DNA of 64,000 nt from Rickettsia typhi (GTDB taxonomy: Bacteria > Pseudomonadota > Alphaproteobacteria > Rickettsiales > JABSSG01): positions 17,221 to 81,220 of the forward strand of contig CAMDPW010000001.1 of the NCBI GenBank assembly GCA_945905715.1, read 5' to 3'. A program made the translations under genes and the position numbers. This document shows, piece after piece, positions 31,364 through 41,603 of the stretch; positions within the stretch are counted from its first letter, which is position 1, and each line of letters starts with the position of its first letter. A model generated the notes under the pieces. The model saw nothing but the letters and a program-made list of their open reading frames with translations, had not been told where the DNA came from and ran no database searches.

Positions 31364-32104
31364 TTAACTTCTTCTATCGCCAAACAAACGCAATAGAGAA
31401 AGAAACATATTAATGAAATCCATATAAAGAGATAACGCACCCATTATTGCCACTTTATCCTTAGTATCGCCGTTTGGATATGTTTCATAGATCATTACTA
31501 GTCTTTGTACATCATAGGCTGTAAGGCCAGTAAAGATGAGAACTGTTATAATCGAGGTAACAAAATAAATAGCTGGACTTTGGAAGAACGTGTTTACTAA
31601 AGACGCAATAATAACACCAATTAAACCCATAAATAGAAACGAGCCCATATTGGTAAGATCTCGTTTAGTTGTGTAGCCATAAATACTCATTGCAGCAAAT
31701 ACTGAAGCTGTAATAAAGAATACTCTAGCAATACTTTCTCCAGTATATGCCAAAAATATAGGAGCTAAAGACAATCCCATAATTACAGAGTATACCCAAA
31801 ACATAGTTTGTGCTGTGCTAACACTCATTTTACTAAGACCCATGCTAAAAGCAAAAACAAAAACAAGCGGTGCAAACATTATTAGGTAGCCTAGCCCCGA
31901 TACACCAACCGCTGCTCCGCTTGGATCGACTGTAAAAAATAATTGCAGTAATGCTGGTACCGAAACTGTTGCGTACGATACAAATCCGGTAATAACCAAA
32001 GCTGCGGCCATATAATTAAAGACTTTAATCATGAATTCTCGTAGACCTTGATTGTATACTGCTGATTTTTCATTAATCATGCTAGGTTTAGTAAAATCGA
32101 TCAT
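31364..32104 (-). CDS. Bax inhibitor-1/YccA-family membrane protein
   Basis: It has 7 TM segments. It carries YNQGLREFMIKVFNYMAAALVITG and the C-terminal FINMFLSLLRLFG. Confidence 0.85.
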   Translation of the reverse strand: MIDFTKPSMINEKSAVYNQGLREFMIKVFNYMAAALVITGFVSYATVSVPALLQLFFTVDPSGAAVGVSGLGYLIMFAPLVFVFAFSMGLSKMSVSTAQTMFWVYSVIMGLSLAPIFLAYTGESIARVFFITASVFAAMSIYGYTTKRDLTNMGSFLFMGLIGVIIASLVNTFFQSPAIYFVTSIITVLIFTGLTAYDVQRLVMIYETYPNGDTKDKVAIMGALSLYMDFINMFLSLLRLFGDRRS

Positions 32105-32231
32105 GTCTGTACCCTCTAATTATCAACTGTTTATATCTAACTTAGTGTATTATATACCAAAAAACATTTCGAGATCAAGTCATATTAAAGTAAAAAAATT
32201 TTAAAATATTATGCGTATTGAAATTTTTCAT

Positions 32232-32870
32232 TTATGCATCTTGTAATTGCAAGAGTGTAGCTATTTTTATTTGTATTACTTTTTCAGTTAATTCAATTGG
32301 TCCTGAGGCGTCAATTAATGTGTATTTACAGGAATTTTGTTTGACGATTTCCTGAAAACCTTTAGCTACATTTTCGTGAAAAGTGCGGCCTAGATTCTCA
32401 TAACGATCATTAATATTTTGCTTTTTATTTATTCTATTTAAAATCGTTTCAATAGGTACGCTCATTACAAAAGTTATGTCTGGTTCAAGATCATGAATAA
32501 TTAACTTGTGTAAAGTATTAATTATATCCAAACTCACATGACTGCCATATCCTTGATATGCTCTAGTTGAATCAATATATCTGTCACAAATTACAATATA
32601 ATTTTGCGCAAGATTTGGTTTTATTACATTGGTTACATTTTCATTTCTTGCAACAAAATGCAACAATAGCTGACTTATTGAATCAAACTTCATATGCTTG
32701 TTTAATAAAATTCTACGAATTTCTTCAGCAGAGCAGGTACCACCTGGTTCTCTAGTTAAAACGACTTTTAGACCACAAACTTGCAACCAGTTAAATAACA
32801 ATTTGCTTTGAGTAGACTTGCCACTTCCTTCACAGCCTTCAAAGGAAATAAAAAGCGGTCTTTGCTGCAT
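32232..32870 (-). CDS. tmk: Thymidylate kinase
   Basis: It has the P-loop FISFEGCEGSGKSTQ and DRYIDSTRAYQG. Confidence 0.9.
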   Translation of the reverse strand: MQQRPLFISFEGCEGSGKSTQSKLLFNWLQVCGLKVVLTREPGGTCSAEEIRRILLNKHMKFDSISQLLLHFVARNENVTNVIKPNLAQNYIVICDRYIDSTRAYQGYGSHVSLDIINTLHKLIIHDLEPDITFVMSVPIETILNRINKKQNINDRYENLGRTFHENVAKGFQEIVKQNSCKYTLIDASGPIELTEKVIQIKIATLLQLQDA

Positions 32871-32871
32871 T

Positions 32872-33354
32872 TTAATTTGTTATTTTATGGTGGTCCATTA
32901 ATTGCAATGTATACTTCAATTCACTAGCAGATAAAGTAGCACAATGATCCTTTAAGTATAGTTTTGCGATATGCGTAGCTTGATCGATAGCTCCAAGTTT
33001 AAGGCGTGCAATTTTCATTTTTTTGTGAGTATTTATTTTTTCTTGATGCATTCGTTTTTTTATTTCTATTTGCTCGCTGAGTTTTATCTGAGCATTTTTT
33101 ATTACGAGAATAATATTTTCTTCGGTACTTTCCAAGATTTTCTTAGATTTAGCAGATAAGCGCGCATGCTCATCTTTATAAAACAGCATGTATTTTTCTG
33201 CTTCTTCGCGTAGTTTAGTAGACTCATTGAGTTTAGTTAGTACGGTCTTGGAGTATTCCTGTAAAGCAAGCACAATTTGATTTTTTATTGGCTTGTAAAC
33301 TAGAGCAATAAAAATCAAGAAAGAAGTCGTTTCCCAAAAATTTTCATTAAACAT
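32872..33354 (-). CDS. atpF: F0 ATP synthase subunit b
   Basis: It has a single N-terminal TM helix and a long charged helix. It is the second b-type gene after atpE, which is the alphaproteobacterial b'/b arrangement. Confidence 0.7.
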   Translation of the reverse strand: MFNENFWETTSFLIFIALVYKPIKNQIVLALQEYSKTVLTKLNESTKLREEAEKYMLFYKDEHARLSAKSKKILESTEENIILVIKNAQIKLSEQIEIKKRMHQEKINTHKKMKIARLKLGAIDQATHIAKLYLKDHCATLSASELKYTLQLMDHHKITN

Positions 33355-33366
33355 TCTAACCTCAAC

Positions 33367-33837
33367 TCATACCAAATATTTTTTTAAATTTTTAGGTTCA
33401 ATATCGTGATTAGCAATTTTACTTATTATCATGCTTGCAGTTGAAAGAGTAATATCTACTAATTCATTCTGTACTGAAGATGTAAATTTGTCTAGTTGCA
33501 ACTCTTGCTTCAGAGTATCTTTAGCTAAACTCTTTTCAAGTTTTGCAAGTTGCTTAGAGGAGTTTTGTTTTATTTGCTCTAAAGTAGTGCTCATCTTTGC
33601 TATACATACACTATGTGCTTGTTCAATTTTTGTTTCAAAATCCTCTTTGAGGATACTTGCTTCATTAGTCAATTTTTCAGCTAATAATATTTCTTCCTTC
33701 ACGTGTCTTGCGCGATCATCAAATATCTTTTTTAGTTTTGGCAAAATTAACTTAGATAATAACAGATACTGGGTAGCAAAAAATATTACTAGCCAAAAAA
33801 TTTGCGAAGCAAATGCAGTTGGATTGAATAGTTCCAT
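33367..33837 (-). CDS. F0 ATP synthase subunit b'
   Basis: It has an N-terminal TM helix (FWLVIFFATQYLLL) and a long charged helix. It lies directly after atpE. Confidence 0.7.
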   Translation of the reverse strand: MELFNPTAFASQIFWLVIFFATQYLLLSKLILPKLKKIFDDRARHVKEEILLAEKLTNEASILKEDFETKIEQAHSVCIAKMSTTLEQIKQNSSKQLAKLEKSLAKDTLKQELQLDKFTSSVQNELVDITLSTASMIISKIANHDIEPKNLKKYLV

Positions 33838-33840
33838 ATC

Positions 33841-34065
33841 TTACAAGAATAGCAAGATCATTGCAATACCAAGAGAAAAGATACCCATTGCTTCAGCCAT
33901 ACCTGCGCCAATAAAAGCGTAACGAGACATTTTAGTTTCGGCGGAAGGATTGCGTGCAATTGAATTGATTAATGCAGCAAAAATATTGGCTACAGCAATC
34001 GCCGCACCAAACATACCAAGGGACATTAAGCCCACTGCTATATACTTAAATGATACTGGGTCCAT
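33841..34065 (-). CDS. atpE: F0 ATP synthase subunit c
   Basis: It is a 74-aa helical hairpin with the ARNP loop. The proton-binding carboxylate lies in GAGMAEAMG. Confidence 0.9.
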   Translation of the reverse strand: MDPVSFKYIAVGLMSLGMFGAAIAVANIFAALINSIARNPSAETKMSRYAFIGAGMAEAMGIFSLGIAMILLFL

Positions 34066-34151
34066 TACTTCACTCCTATTTAAAGTTTAAAACGATATTA
34101 TATTCAGGCTAACAAAATACTACATTAGATACAATTAAAATATTATTGCCA

Positions 34152-34877
34152 CTAATGCAAGTGAATTGCATCATTTAAGTAAACACAGGTTAAAATTGTA
34201 AAGATATATGCCTGTAAAATTGCCACAAACAATTCAAATGCTGTAAATGCTGCAATAAATGAAATCGGTAAAATTCCCGCAATACCCATGGTAACAATAA
34301 ATCCAGCAATTACTGCAATTAATATATGTCCTGACATCATGTTTGCAGCAAGTCTTAGTGACAAACTTATAGGTCTTGTACAGTAAGTAAAAAATTCAAT
34401 TACTATCATAAGTGGCGCTAAAAACCATGGAGTGCCAGCTGGTAAGAAATAAGAAAAAAAGTGCCAGCCGTGACGAATAAACGCAATTACTGTAATAGTA
34501 ATAAATACCATTATAGCTAATGAAAAAGTTACAGCTATTTGGCTAGTTACTGCATAACCATGAGGTATAAGCCCTAAAATATTTAAAGTTAAAATAAAAA
34601 GAAAAATATTAAAAATGAAAGGTAAATACTGCTCGCCTTTACCAGATGTATTTTCATTTAGCACCTTTAAGATTAAGCCATGCATTATTTCTGCGCTAGA
34701 TTGTAAAAAACCTGGTACTCTTTCTTGTTTTTTGCAAGCCAGAAGAAAAAATGCACTGATAATGGTCATGGCCATTAGCATTACTAATGATGAATTAGTA
34801 AAGCTTACATCATAATTTCCTATGTGGATCGGTACTAATGTGTGTATATGAAATTGGGTAAGCGGTGATGATGACAT
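34152..34877 (-). CDS. atpB: F0 ATP synthase subunit a
   Basis: It carries SLSLRLAANMMSGH, which contains the essential Arg. I chose the ATG at 34877, 1 nt after the atpI stop, over the track start at 34922. Confidence 0.9.
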   Translation of the reverse strand: MSSSPLTQFHIHTLVPIHIGNYDVSFTNSSLVMLMAMTIISAFFLLACKKQERVPGFLQSSAEIMHGLILKVLNENTSGKGEQYLPFIFNIFLFILTLNILGLIPHGYAVTSQIAVTFSLAIMVFITITVIAFIRHGWHFFSYFLPAGTPWFLAPLMIVIEFFTYCTRPISLSLRLAANMMSGHILIAVIAGFIVTMGIAGILPISFIAAFTAFELFVAILQAYIFTILTCVYLNDAIHLH

Positions 34878-34878
34878 T

Positions 34879-35145
34879 TTATTTTTGCCTTGAAAGTTTA
34901 TAGATTGAATAAAAACCAGCAATAACTGAAAATAATAAACATATTATTTTAAAAATCAATTTAGTTTTCATTAAATGATCCAATAAAGCTCCAACAACTA
35001 TTCCAGCAATAACAGAAGCCACTAACTCAATGCATACCGTATATGGATTAATCTCATGTCTGTGGGAGTAACTAAGCTTAGCATCTTGCTGTTTATAAAG
35101 CGCAATTTTTTCTTTTAAATGAATTAATTGATTTTTTTTGTGCAT
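34879..35145 (-). CDS. atpI: ATP synthase protein I (AtpI/AtpZ-like)
   Basis: It is an 88-aa protein with two TM helices. It lies immediately upstream of atpB. Confidence 0.6.
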   Translation of the reverse strand: MHKKNQLIHLKEKIALYKQQDAKLSYSHRHEINPYTVCIELVASVIAGIVVGALLDHLMKTKLIFKIICLLFSVIAGFYSIYKLSRQK

Positions 35146-35759
35146 ATGTTCAGTTTGTTGTCGATAATTTGAAAAAGAGCTTCTTTATTGGGTACGCCAG
35201 TAATTTTTTCACCATTAATAATAAGAGTAGGTGTAGAATTAATTTGTAAAATATTATGACCTATTAATCGTGATTGTAGAATTTGATTTTCAATATTCTT
35301 GTCTTGCAAACATTTCATGAATTGATTCTTCGATAGACCTCCAAGTACAGATATGTCCTCAAGTATTGATATGTAGCTGCTAGTAGTGGCCCATGAATTT
35401 TGAGTTGCAAATAATGCTTGTATAAATAAAAAATATTTTTCTTTATCTCCGCATATCGGTAACACAGCTGCTTTTATGGCCACTTCATCTAGGGGATAAT
35501 TCCGGTAGATATATTTCATTTTTCCTTGGTCAATATATCGCTTTTTGATTTCATGGTATATTGTATTGTGAAAAGCTGCACAGGTAGGGCATGATAACGA
35601 TGAATACTCAATAAAAATGACTTTTGCTTTTTGATCACCTAAAACATACTCATCTGGCAATTGTAACAAGTAATCTAACTGCTCCTTGGTTTTTGCAGCA
35701 CCATGACTAGCAAAAGAGAGCGATATTAATAATAACAATAAAAGGCGCGATAGTTTCAT
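35124..35759 (-). CDS. Periplasmic DsbA/Com1-like thiol:disulfide oxidoreductase
   Basis: It has a signal peptide (MKLSRLLLLLLISLSFASHG). It also has the thioredoxin-fold active site SCPTC. Confidence 0.8.
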   Translation of the reverse strand: MKLSRLLLLLLISLSFASHGAAKTKEQLDYLLQLPDEYVLGDQKAKVIFIEYSSLSCPTCAAFHNTIYHEIKKRYIDQGKMKYIYRNYPLDEVAIKAAVLPICGDKEKYFLFIQALFATQNSWATTSSYISILEDISVLGGLSKNQFMKCLQDKNIENQILQSRLIGHNILQINSTPTLIINGEKITGVPNKEALFQIIDNKLNICTKKIN

Positions 35760-36128
35760 ATTGTTCTAATATATTTGGAAAATAACACTATTATATTGCA
35801 ATTTAGATTGCAACATGATTATCAATCACGGCAAGTCGTAGTGTAATCTTGTACGTCTTGATAAGATTACTAGCTATTTTATGTGCGATATTTTTACAGA
35901 GAAAATACAAATGAATTTAGAACAAGATTGGTGTAAAAAAAATTTTAAAATCTATCTAGGAAATAAATTTAATCATACCAAGAAAGCTCAAAAAAAACGG
36001 TAAATTTCTTTTTGAGGATGAGAGCATTATAATTTCTTACTGATAATATAATATTTTGTTATATAAATTATTTAGCACATTTCTAGCACTGCATTACTTG
36101 TATATTAAAATTGCGACAGCAACTTCTT

Positions 36129-37784
36129 CTACTGGCTTCCATGCCTAATGTCGTATGGAATAAACTGATCATTGCTATCATCATCTAACTTTAATAATTC
36201 CTCTAGACTTGCATACTCTAGTAGCGCTTCCCACGGGGTAACATTATTTCTGCTTACTATATTACTTGTAACATGATAGATTATGTTTTTTACAATTTCA
36301 TGTGCCAATTTTTTTGGGAATATATTAGAGTTTTTGCCCTCGTTGGCTTTAATAATCTTATGTTCTGAGCGGTAACAAGCTTCTAGTCTAGATGTTAATG
36401 CTCCACCAAGTGTAAGTACTTGACCTGGTACAAACACAACACCTTGCGCATCTAAATCCATCAGCATCTTTAAGCCACTTTTTCCTAAGCGCACTGCTAT
36501 GTTATGAGCAGCTAAAAACAAAGTGCCAGAAGGAATCAAGTGGCAATTAGAGTGCTCGATCTCTCTACCAAAAGCAGTAGAAATAATTATTCCTCCATTG
36601 CAATTTAAAGCTTCATCAGTATACATTCCTTCAATAGCTGGTATAACCTCCCAACTACTCAGCATAGCCTGATAACCACCATCCACGAGTCTGATTAATT
36701 TATCTTTTAAGTTCACTCTTACTATTCTGTTGGTTATAGTGGTAATGACAAATGATCCATCATTATTCTTAATATACTCTTTAATCTGAAGTTTTTTTAA
36801 ATCTGTCTCTCTATTAATTGTAATGATTTCATCGAGCTTATATTGCAAGTCACACAGTTTAATCTTTTGGAAATTTAGATCTTTAAGATACTCAGAAATA
36901 ACCTCTCCTAAGGCTCCTGCAGATCCAATAAAAGTAATATCTGTTTCTTCTGGAATAAACGAACATAAATTATTATCAACGCATGCTTTCCATCCAGCTA
37001 AAATGCCTGTGACAGTGTAAGCTACCTTACCACAACATCCTCCAGCGCTTGCATTTACACATAAAACCTGAGGCGTAAATTTGTTTAGTATATCTGCAAT
37101 TTCAGAAAAACGACCAAAATCCGGCGTAAGGTTAATTTCACCTTTATTGATCTTTGCTTCATCAATTAAATTTCCCTGTGAATCAATCACGCTAGCCAAA
37201 TCGATGCCATTAAGAAAATTAGCAATTTTTTTCAATACGATGTCCGCAATTTCATAAAATCTAGGATGTTTGGTGTTTTTGAGTATATTTTCAATCTCTT
37301 CTGATTCCGGTAAAATAATACACCTACTACCTCTAATTTTGAGATCTAAATATCTTTCTGGCAACTTATAACCAGCTTCAATGTCTATCTGTAAATTGTT
37401 ATCGGCCTTTAATGATGTAAGCAATTTATGAGTTGCTGGATCAATTAAATTATTTAATGCACCTTCTTCTACTGCTTTATTAATGATGACGTGCTTCATA
37501 TGACTTTCTGCTAAAGCTAGAAAATTTACTGATTTAATCGCTCTTTTCTCGCCTTCAACTACGTTTTCTAAGAAATCAGCTAACCTACTGCCACCATAGG
37601 CAAAATTAGTTTTAAGAGAAAACAACAACTTTCTAGGATCGCATTCTAAATTATTATCAGATACAGCAGTGCTATTTATATCTGGGCTTTTATAGCAAGC
37701 AATATAAACTTTTGCAGTATTTGGTATTACAATTCTATATGTAATTAATTTTTGAGATGTGTATTCTGTAAATGTGCTAAACAA
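36129..37784 (-). CDS. Hypothetical 551-aa protein; C-terminal half has a Rossmann / amino-acid-dehydrogenase-like NAD(P)-binding pattern
   Basis: It has a TTG start at 37784 preceded by AGAGG. Its motifs are ITFIGSAGALGEVISEYL...KIKLCD (GxGxxG plus an acidic residue), LFLAAHN, and GVVFVPGQVLTLGGALTSRLE. I recognise nothing in the N-terminal ~240 aa. Confidence 0.6.
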   Translation of the reverse strand: MFSTFTEYTSQKLITYRIVIPNTAKVYIACYKSPDINSTAVSDNNLECDPRKLLFSLKTNFAYGGSRLADFLENVVEGEKRAIKSVNFLALAESHMKHVIINKAVEEGALNNLIDPATHKLLTSLKADNNLQIDIEAGYKLPERYLDLKIRGSRCIILPESEEIENILKNTKHPRFYEIADIVLKKIANFLNGIDLASVIDSQGNLIDEAKINKGEINLTPDFGRFSEIADILNKFTPQVLCVNASAGGCCGKVAYTVTGILAGWKACVDNNLCSFIPEETDITFIGSAGALGEVISEYLKDLNFQKIKLCDLQYKLDEIITINRETDLKKLQIKEYIKNNDGSFVITTITNRIVRVNLKDKLIRLVDGGYQAMLSSWEVIPAIEGMYTDEALNCNGGIIISTAFGREIEHSNCHLIPSGTLFLAAHNIAVRLGKSGLKMLMDLDAQGVVFVPGQVLTLGGALTSRLEACYRSEHKIIKANEGKNSNIFPKKLAHEIVKNIIYHVTSNIVSRNNVTPWEALLEYASLEELLKLDDDSNDQFIPYDIRHGSQ

Positions 37785-37868
37785 ATTTCTACCTCTACGT
37801 ATAAAGTTTTTGTATGTTAAATAATTATTGAATTTATGTCATTACAGGTCAAGATAAATTTATTAGAG

Positions 37869-40229
37869 CTAAGATGATAGCACAGTTTTTATATGAGTAA
37901 GTACATCATCTTTTTGATACGGTTTCTTAATATAACCATCAATACCAACTCTACGAGCTTGATCTATAGTTTTTTCATCGGCAATACCGGTTTGCAATAT
38001 CACTCTTATATGGATAAAATTTGGTTGTTTTCTGATTTCAGCTAATATATCTAATCCATGTACACCAGGCATCATAAGATCAAGCAATACAAGATCAACC
38101 TCATCTCCATGCTCCATTAAATATCGCAATCCTGCAAGTCCATTGTTAATTTTTACAAGTGTATATTGACTTTGGTGCAGCAATAACTCCATATTTATTA
38201 GACATGTCTCCTCATCGTCGATCATTAGTATAGTAGTTTGCTTAGCAACTTCTACCTGCTTGTGATTTTTTACACTTCGCCTCTCATTCTTTAGCTGTTC
38301 ATTTTGCGAAGAAGGGATGATAAAATTAAAAGTTGCTCCTCCGGTTTTATTATTCTTAGCCCATATTTTACCATGATGAGCAATTATAATTGCATGACAA
38401 ATGGCAAGACCAAGACCAGTGCCTCCAGCCTTGGTTTTTGTTCTGGAGCTTTGAGTAAATGGCTCAAATATTGTCTTTAGTTCGTTTTCTGGTATACCAA
38501 TTCCACTATCACTAATGGAAAAATGCACAGCTTTTTTACTCACTCCCTTATGACCGTCTATCTCAATTTGTGACAATGCAACAATAATCGCGCTAGTATC
38601 AGGACTAAATTTAATAGCGTTTACAAAAAGATTGCGCAATACTTGAGTAATTTTTTCATGATCAGCCATAGCCACTATATTGTTATTCTTTACAAAATCT
38701 ATCTTTATATTTTTATCTTTGATATACAGAATCATACTTTCCGTTATCAGTGTTTCTACTAAAGAGGTCAAAGATGTCATTTGAAAAGTAAGTAGCATTT
38801 TTTTAGCGGTAAATTTTGATAAATTTAATAGATTTCCCATAAGAGAAAGTAGACGCTTATTATTACTGGCTATATGCTCTACTATTTCTAACTTTTTTGT
38901 ATCGTCAAGAGTATACCAATGTTCAACCAAACCCTCTGATAATCCAGTTATTCCTTGTAGAGGAGTGCATATTTCATGACTAATGTTGTTTAAGAATTCT
39001 GTCTTGGTTGCTAGCGCTTGTTGTAAGTCCATAGTGCGTTTATCTACCTTCTGCTCAAGATTTAAGTTGACGAGTTTTATTTGATTATTAGTTTGAAAAA
39101 GTTGTTGACGGACTGCATTCTCTCTCTGAAAAGATCCCTTTACCATTTCTAGAGCTTCTACTAGATAATAAGCTTCTCTACTATTGACTTTAGGCATTTC
39201 AATGTCTAGATTGCCACGCGAAAGAAGTTTGGCTTTTTCTGATAGTACTACCATTGGATTTACTATTTTCATGCGAAAAAAATATAAAAGAATTAGGAAC
39301 GAAATTCCTAAAATTGCAGCTTTTACAACTTGAGGTTCCATCAGTTCTTCAAGACTTTCTTTTAAATATTGCTTATTCTGCCCTATAAGTACTACGAAAT
39401 TGTAGGATCGCATTACTTTGTAATATTCGTAGGTAATGTTGTTATGATTGATTTTTGTTTCTAATTGACCAAAATCATGAAGAAAAACATTATTTTTTTG
39501 TAAATATCTAAACAAGTCATTAAAAGACTCTTTGTTACCTTTAGAGCTAGTAATAAATTTCAAATCTTTAGTAAAAAGAAGAAAGTCATTTACATTGTTA
39601 CTAGAAGAAAGGATTAAAGCATTTGCCATTGCTTTCTTAAGTTTTGCTATACTGAAGCCAACTGAAATGATACCAAGAAATTTTTTATTTTGATCTGTAA
39701 TCCCATATCCACCAGGAATAATATATTCATGACTAACGATTCCTATATCTGGATCATTTAGATGTAGTATCCATGGTTGAGCGCGTGCTGAGAGTATCCA
39801 TGGTCTTTGACTAGCAGTAACCTTAAGATAAGGCTTTGTAACACCAGCTGTGCTGGCTATAACATAATTTTGAGAGTTTACAAACTCAAATACAGTCCAA
39901 GGGAAAATGTCTTTAATTTCATCGGATTCAATTTTAGTTTGCAATATTGATGTAACTGATTCAGAATCATTCTTACCTGAGACCGCAATTCTAGTGCCAA
40001 TAAATCTCATAAGATTCGAAGTGTATGTAAAAGAATTACTCAATACTTCCTGTATTTTTATCGCGTCTGAAGAATATTTATGATTCTTTTTTAGTATTAA
40101 GTGATTATAAGACCACCACAATATCCAAACTAAATAAGAAATAATGATAACAGAAACAATGGTAGCAAAACCAAAATACTCGATTGATAGGGAGGGGTTT
40201 CTACGTTGATTATTTTTGTTCTTATGCAT
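37869..40229 (-). CDS. Hybrid sensor histidine kinase / response regulator (Cache-like periplasmic domain, HAMP, HisKA, HATPase, REC)
   Basis: Two TM helices flank a ~270-aa periplasmic region. The H-box is FLNNISHEICTPL. The N and G boxes are NLFVNAIKF, DSGIGIP and GGTGLGLAI. A fused receiver carries ILMIDDE...DLVLLDLMMPG...IKKP. Confidence 0.9.
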   Translation of the reverse strand: MHKNKNNQRRNPSLSIEYFGFATIVSVIIISYLVWILWWSYNHLILKKNHKYSSDAIKIQEVLSNSFTYTSNLMRFIGTRIAVSGKNDSESVTSILQTKIESDEIKDIFPWTVFEFVNSQNYVIASTAGVTKPYLKVTASQRPWILSARAQPWILHLNDPDIGIVSHEYIIPGGYGITDQNKKFLGIISVGFSIAKLKKAMANALILSSSNNVNDFLLFTKDLKFITSSKGNKESFNDLFRYLQKNNVFLHDFGQLETKINHNNITYEYYKVMRSYNFVVLIGQNKQYLKESLEELMEPQVVKAAILGISFLILLYFFRMKIVNPMVVLSEKAKLLSRGNLDIEMPKVNSREAYYLVEALEMVKGSFQRENAVRQQLFQTNNQIKLVNLNLEQKVDKRTMDLQQALATKTEFLNNISHEICTPLQGITGLSEGLVEHWYTLDDTKKLEIVEHIASNNKRLLSLMGNLLNLSKFTAKKMLLTFQMTSLTSLVETLITESMILYIKDKNIKIDFVKNNNIVAMADHEKITQVLRNLFVNAIKFSPDTSAIIVALSQIEIDGHKGVSKKAVHFSISDSGIGIPENELKTIFEPFTQSSRTKTKAGGTGLGLAICHAIIIAHHGKIWAKNNKTGGATFNFIIPSSQNEQLKNERRSVKNHKQVEVAKQTTILMIDDEETCLINMELLLHQSQYTLVKINNGLAGLRYLMEHGDEVDLVLLDLMMPGVHGLDILAEIRKQPNFIHIRVILQTGIADEKTIDQARRVGIDGYIKKPYQKDDVLTHIKTVLSS

Positions 40230-40541
40230 ATGCTTATATTAGAGTTTCTAGTGTTAATTTTACCTCAAGTCTGTTTTTTTTAATATTGTACTGTATTACA
40301 TAAGTCTAAATCTTTAATAACTTTTTACTGTCAGATAGTTTTACGGTAGCTTTGCATATAAAATATCATACATACCACAACTTATATAATCATACAAAAT
40401 TGTTTATTTAGATGAGTAAATGTACTGCTGGAGTGTTATAAATAACATTCAAACTAGATATTTGTCATACTAGTATCAGCTACGGCATGGATAATAAATG
40501 AGTGATAAATAATTTCTTAAATGTATGAAGGGATTCAAAAT

Positions 40542-41111
40542 TTACATTGAAGGTAGTGTAACCCCGCGTTGTTTCATATATTTTCCAGCTTTATCTTTAT
40601 AAGAAGTGAAACATTCTTTGTCGCCTTTTAAGAAAATAAACTGACAAGCACCTTCATTTGCATAAATTTTTGCTGGCAGTGGGGTGGTATTAGAAAATTC
40701 TAAAGTAACATGTCCTTCCCATTCAGGCTCAAGAGGGGTTACATTAACGATAATCCCACAACGCGCATAAGTTGATTTACCTACGCAGATTACTAGCATA
40801 TCTCTCGGTATACGAAAATATTCTACGGTACGTGCTAATACAAAACTGTTTGGTGGAATGGTGCATATACTGCCAGAACGATCAACAAAGCTGCTATTAA
40901 CAAAATTTTTTGGATCTACTATTGCTGAATCAATATTAGTAAAGATTTTGAATTCGTCAGCAACCCTAGCATCGTAACCATACGAAGATAAGCCATAAGA
41001 TATAATTTTATGATCGCTATTAACATAACTTACTTGCTGCGATTCGAATGGCTCAATCATTTCGTACTTCTTAACCAGTTCAAATATAGTTTTATCAGAT
41101 AATACCGTCAT
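40542..41111 (-). CDS. dcd: dCTP deaminase
   Basis: It is 189 aa long. It carries [20 protein letters not shown] and [12 protein letters not shown]. Confidence 0.9.
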   Translation of the reverse strand: MTVLSDKTIFELVKKYEMIEPFESQQVSYVNSDHKIISYGLSSYGYDARVADEFKIFTNIDSAIVDPKNFVNSSFVDRSGSICTIPPNSFVLARTVEYFRIPRDMLVICVGKSTYARCGIIVNVTPLEPEWEGHVTLEFSNTTPLPAKIYANEGACQFIFLKGDKECFTSYKDKAGKYMKQRGVTLPSM

Positions 41112-41249
41112 ATCGCTCCTGTATTTTTAATTACCTTGTGTACCATCGACTATCACCTGAGTTTTTGGCAATTGCTTTGCTCATAAAAGTTCAGTTTTTC
41201 AAATATTTCTCATTAGTATGATGAGTCAGTAACAGATGTAGCCTTTATT

Positions 41250-41456
41250 TTAAATGTTTTCGCAGTTGATTTTACGTGTTAGTGGCGTAATACAATAATC
41301 ATTATTCATGGCAATATTCTTGTGCTTTGCTTTGTTATAGTTTTTTGTTAACCGTGCTAAAGCATCATATACAGAATGTTTTTTACTTTCATACTTATCA
41401 ATAATCGCAACATTACTGCTTTCTACACCTTCTAGTCTACTGATTTTAATCTTCAT
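41250..41456 (-). CDS. Hypothetical 68-aa protein
   Basis: The ORF starts 2 nt after the stop of the 37-aa basic ORF. It has no recognisable motif. Confidence 0.3.
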   Translation of the reverse strand: MKIKISRLEGVESSNVAIIDKYESKKHSVYDALARLTKNYNKAKHKNIAMNNDYCITPLTRKINCENI

Positions 41457-41458
41457 TC

Positions 41459-41572
41459 CTACTTCTTCACCGCCCTTCTGCGCTGCAAATTTACTTTGAG
41501 GGCATTTGCCAGAGCAGTTTTTTTTGTTTTTTGTAACTTTTCCGAAAGTTTTTCTTTTTTTTGCTTAGTCAT
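41459..41572 (-). CDS. Small lysine/arginine-rich protein (37 aa)
   Basis: It is below the track cutoff. The translation is MTKQKKEKLSEKLQKTKKTALANALKVNLQRRRAVKK. The ...LA.AL+.NL.RR+ tail resembles small conserved alphaproteobacterial hypothetical proteins, from recall only. Confidence 0.4.
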   Translation of the reverse strand: MTKQKKEKLSEKLQKTKKTALANALKVNLQRRRAVKK

Positions 41573-41603
41573 AGTTATTTGTCTACAAAATTTATAAAAC
41601 AGT

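Noticed and set aside
37022-37060. CVNASAGGCCGKV in the 551-aa protein taken as the catalytic GGGK lysine block of Glu/Leu dehydrogenases.
   Set aside because: It lies only about 35 residues before the GxGxxG motif, against about 100 in real ELFV enzymes. It aligns better with the helix preceding the Rossmann fold (..TAYGV..). No catalytic-site claim is made.
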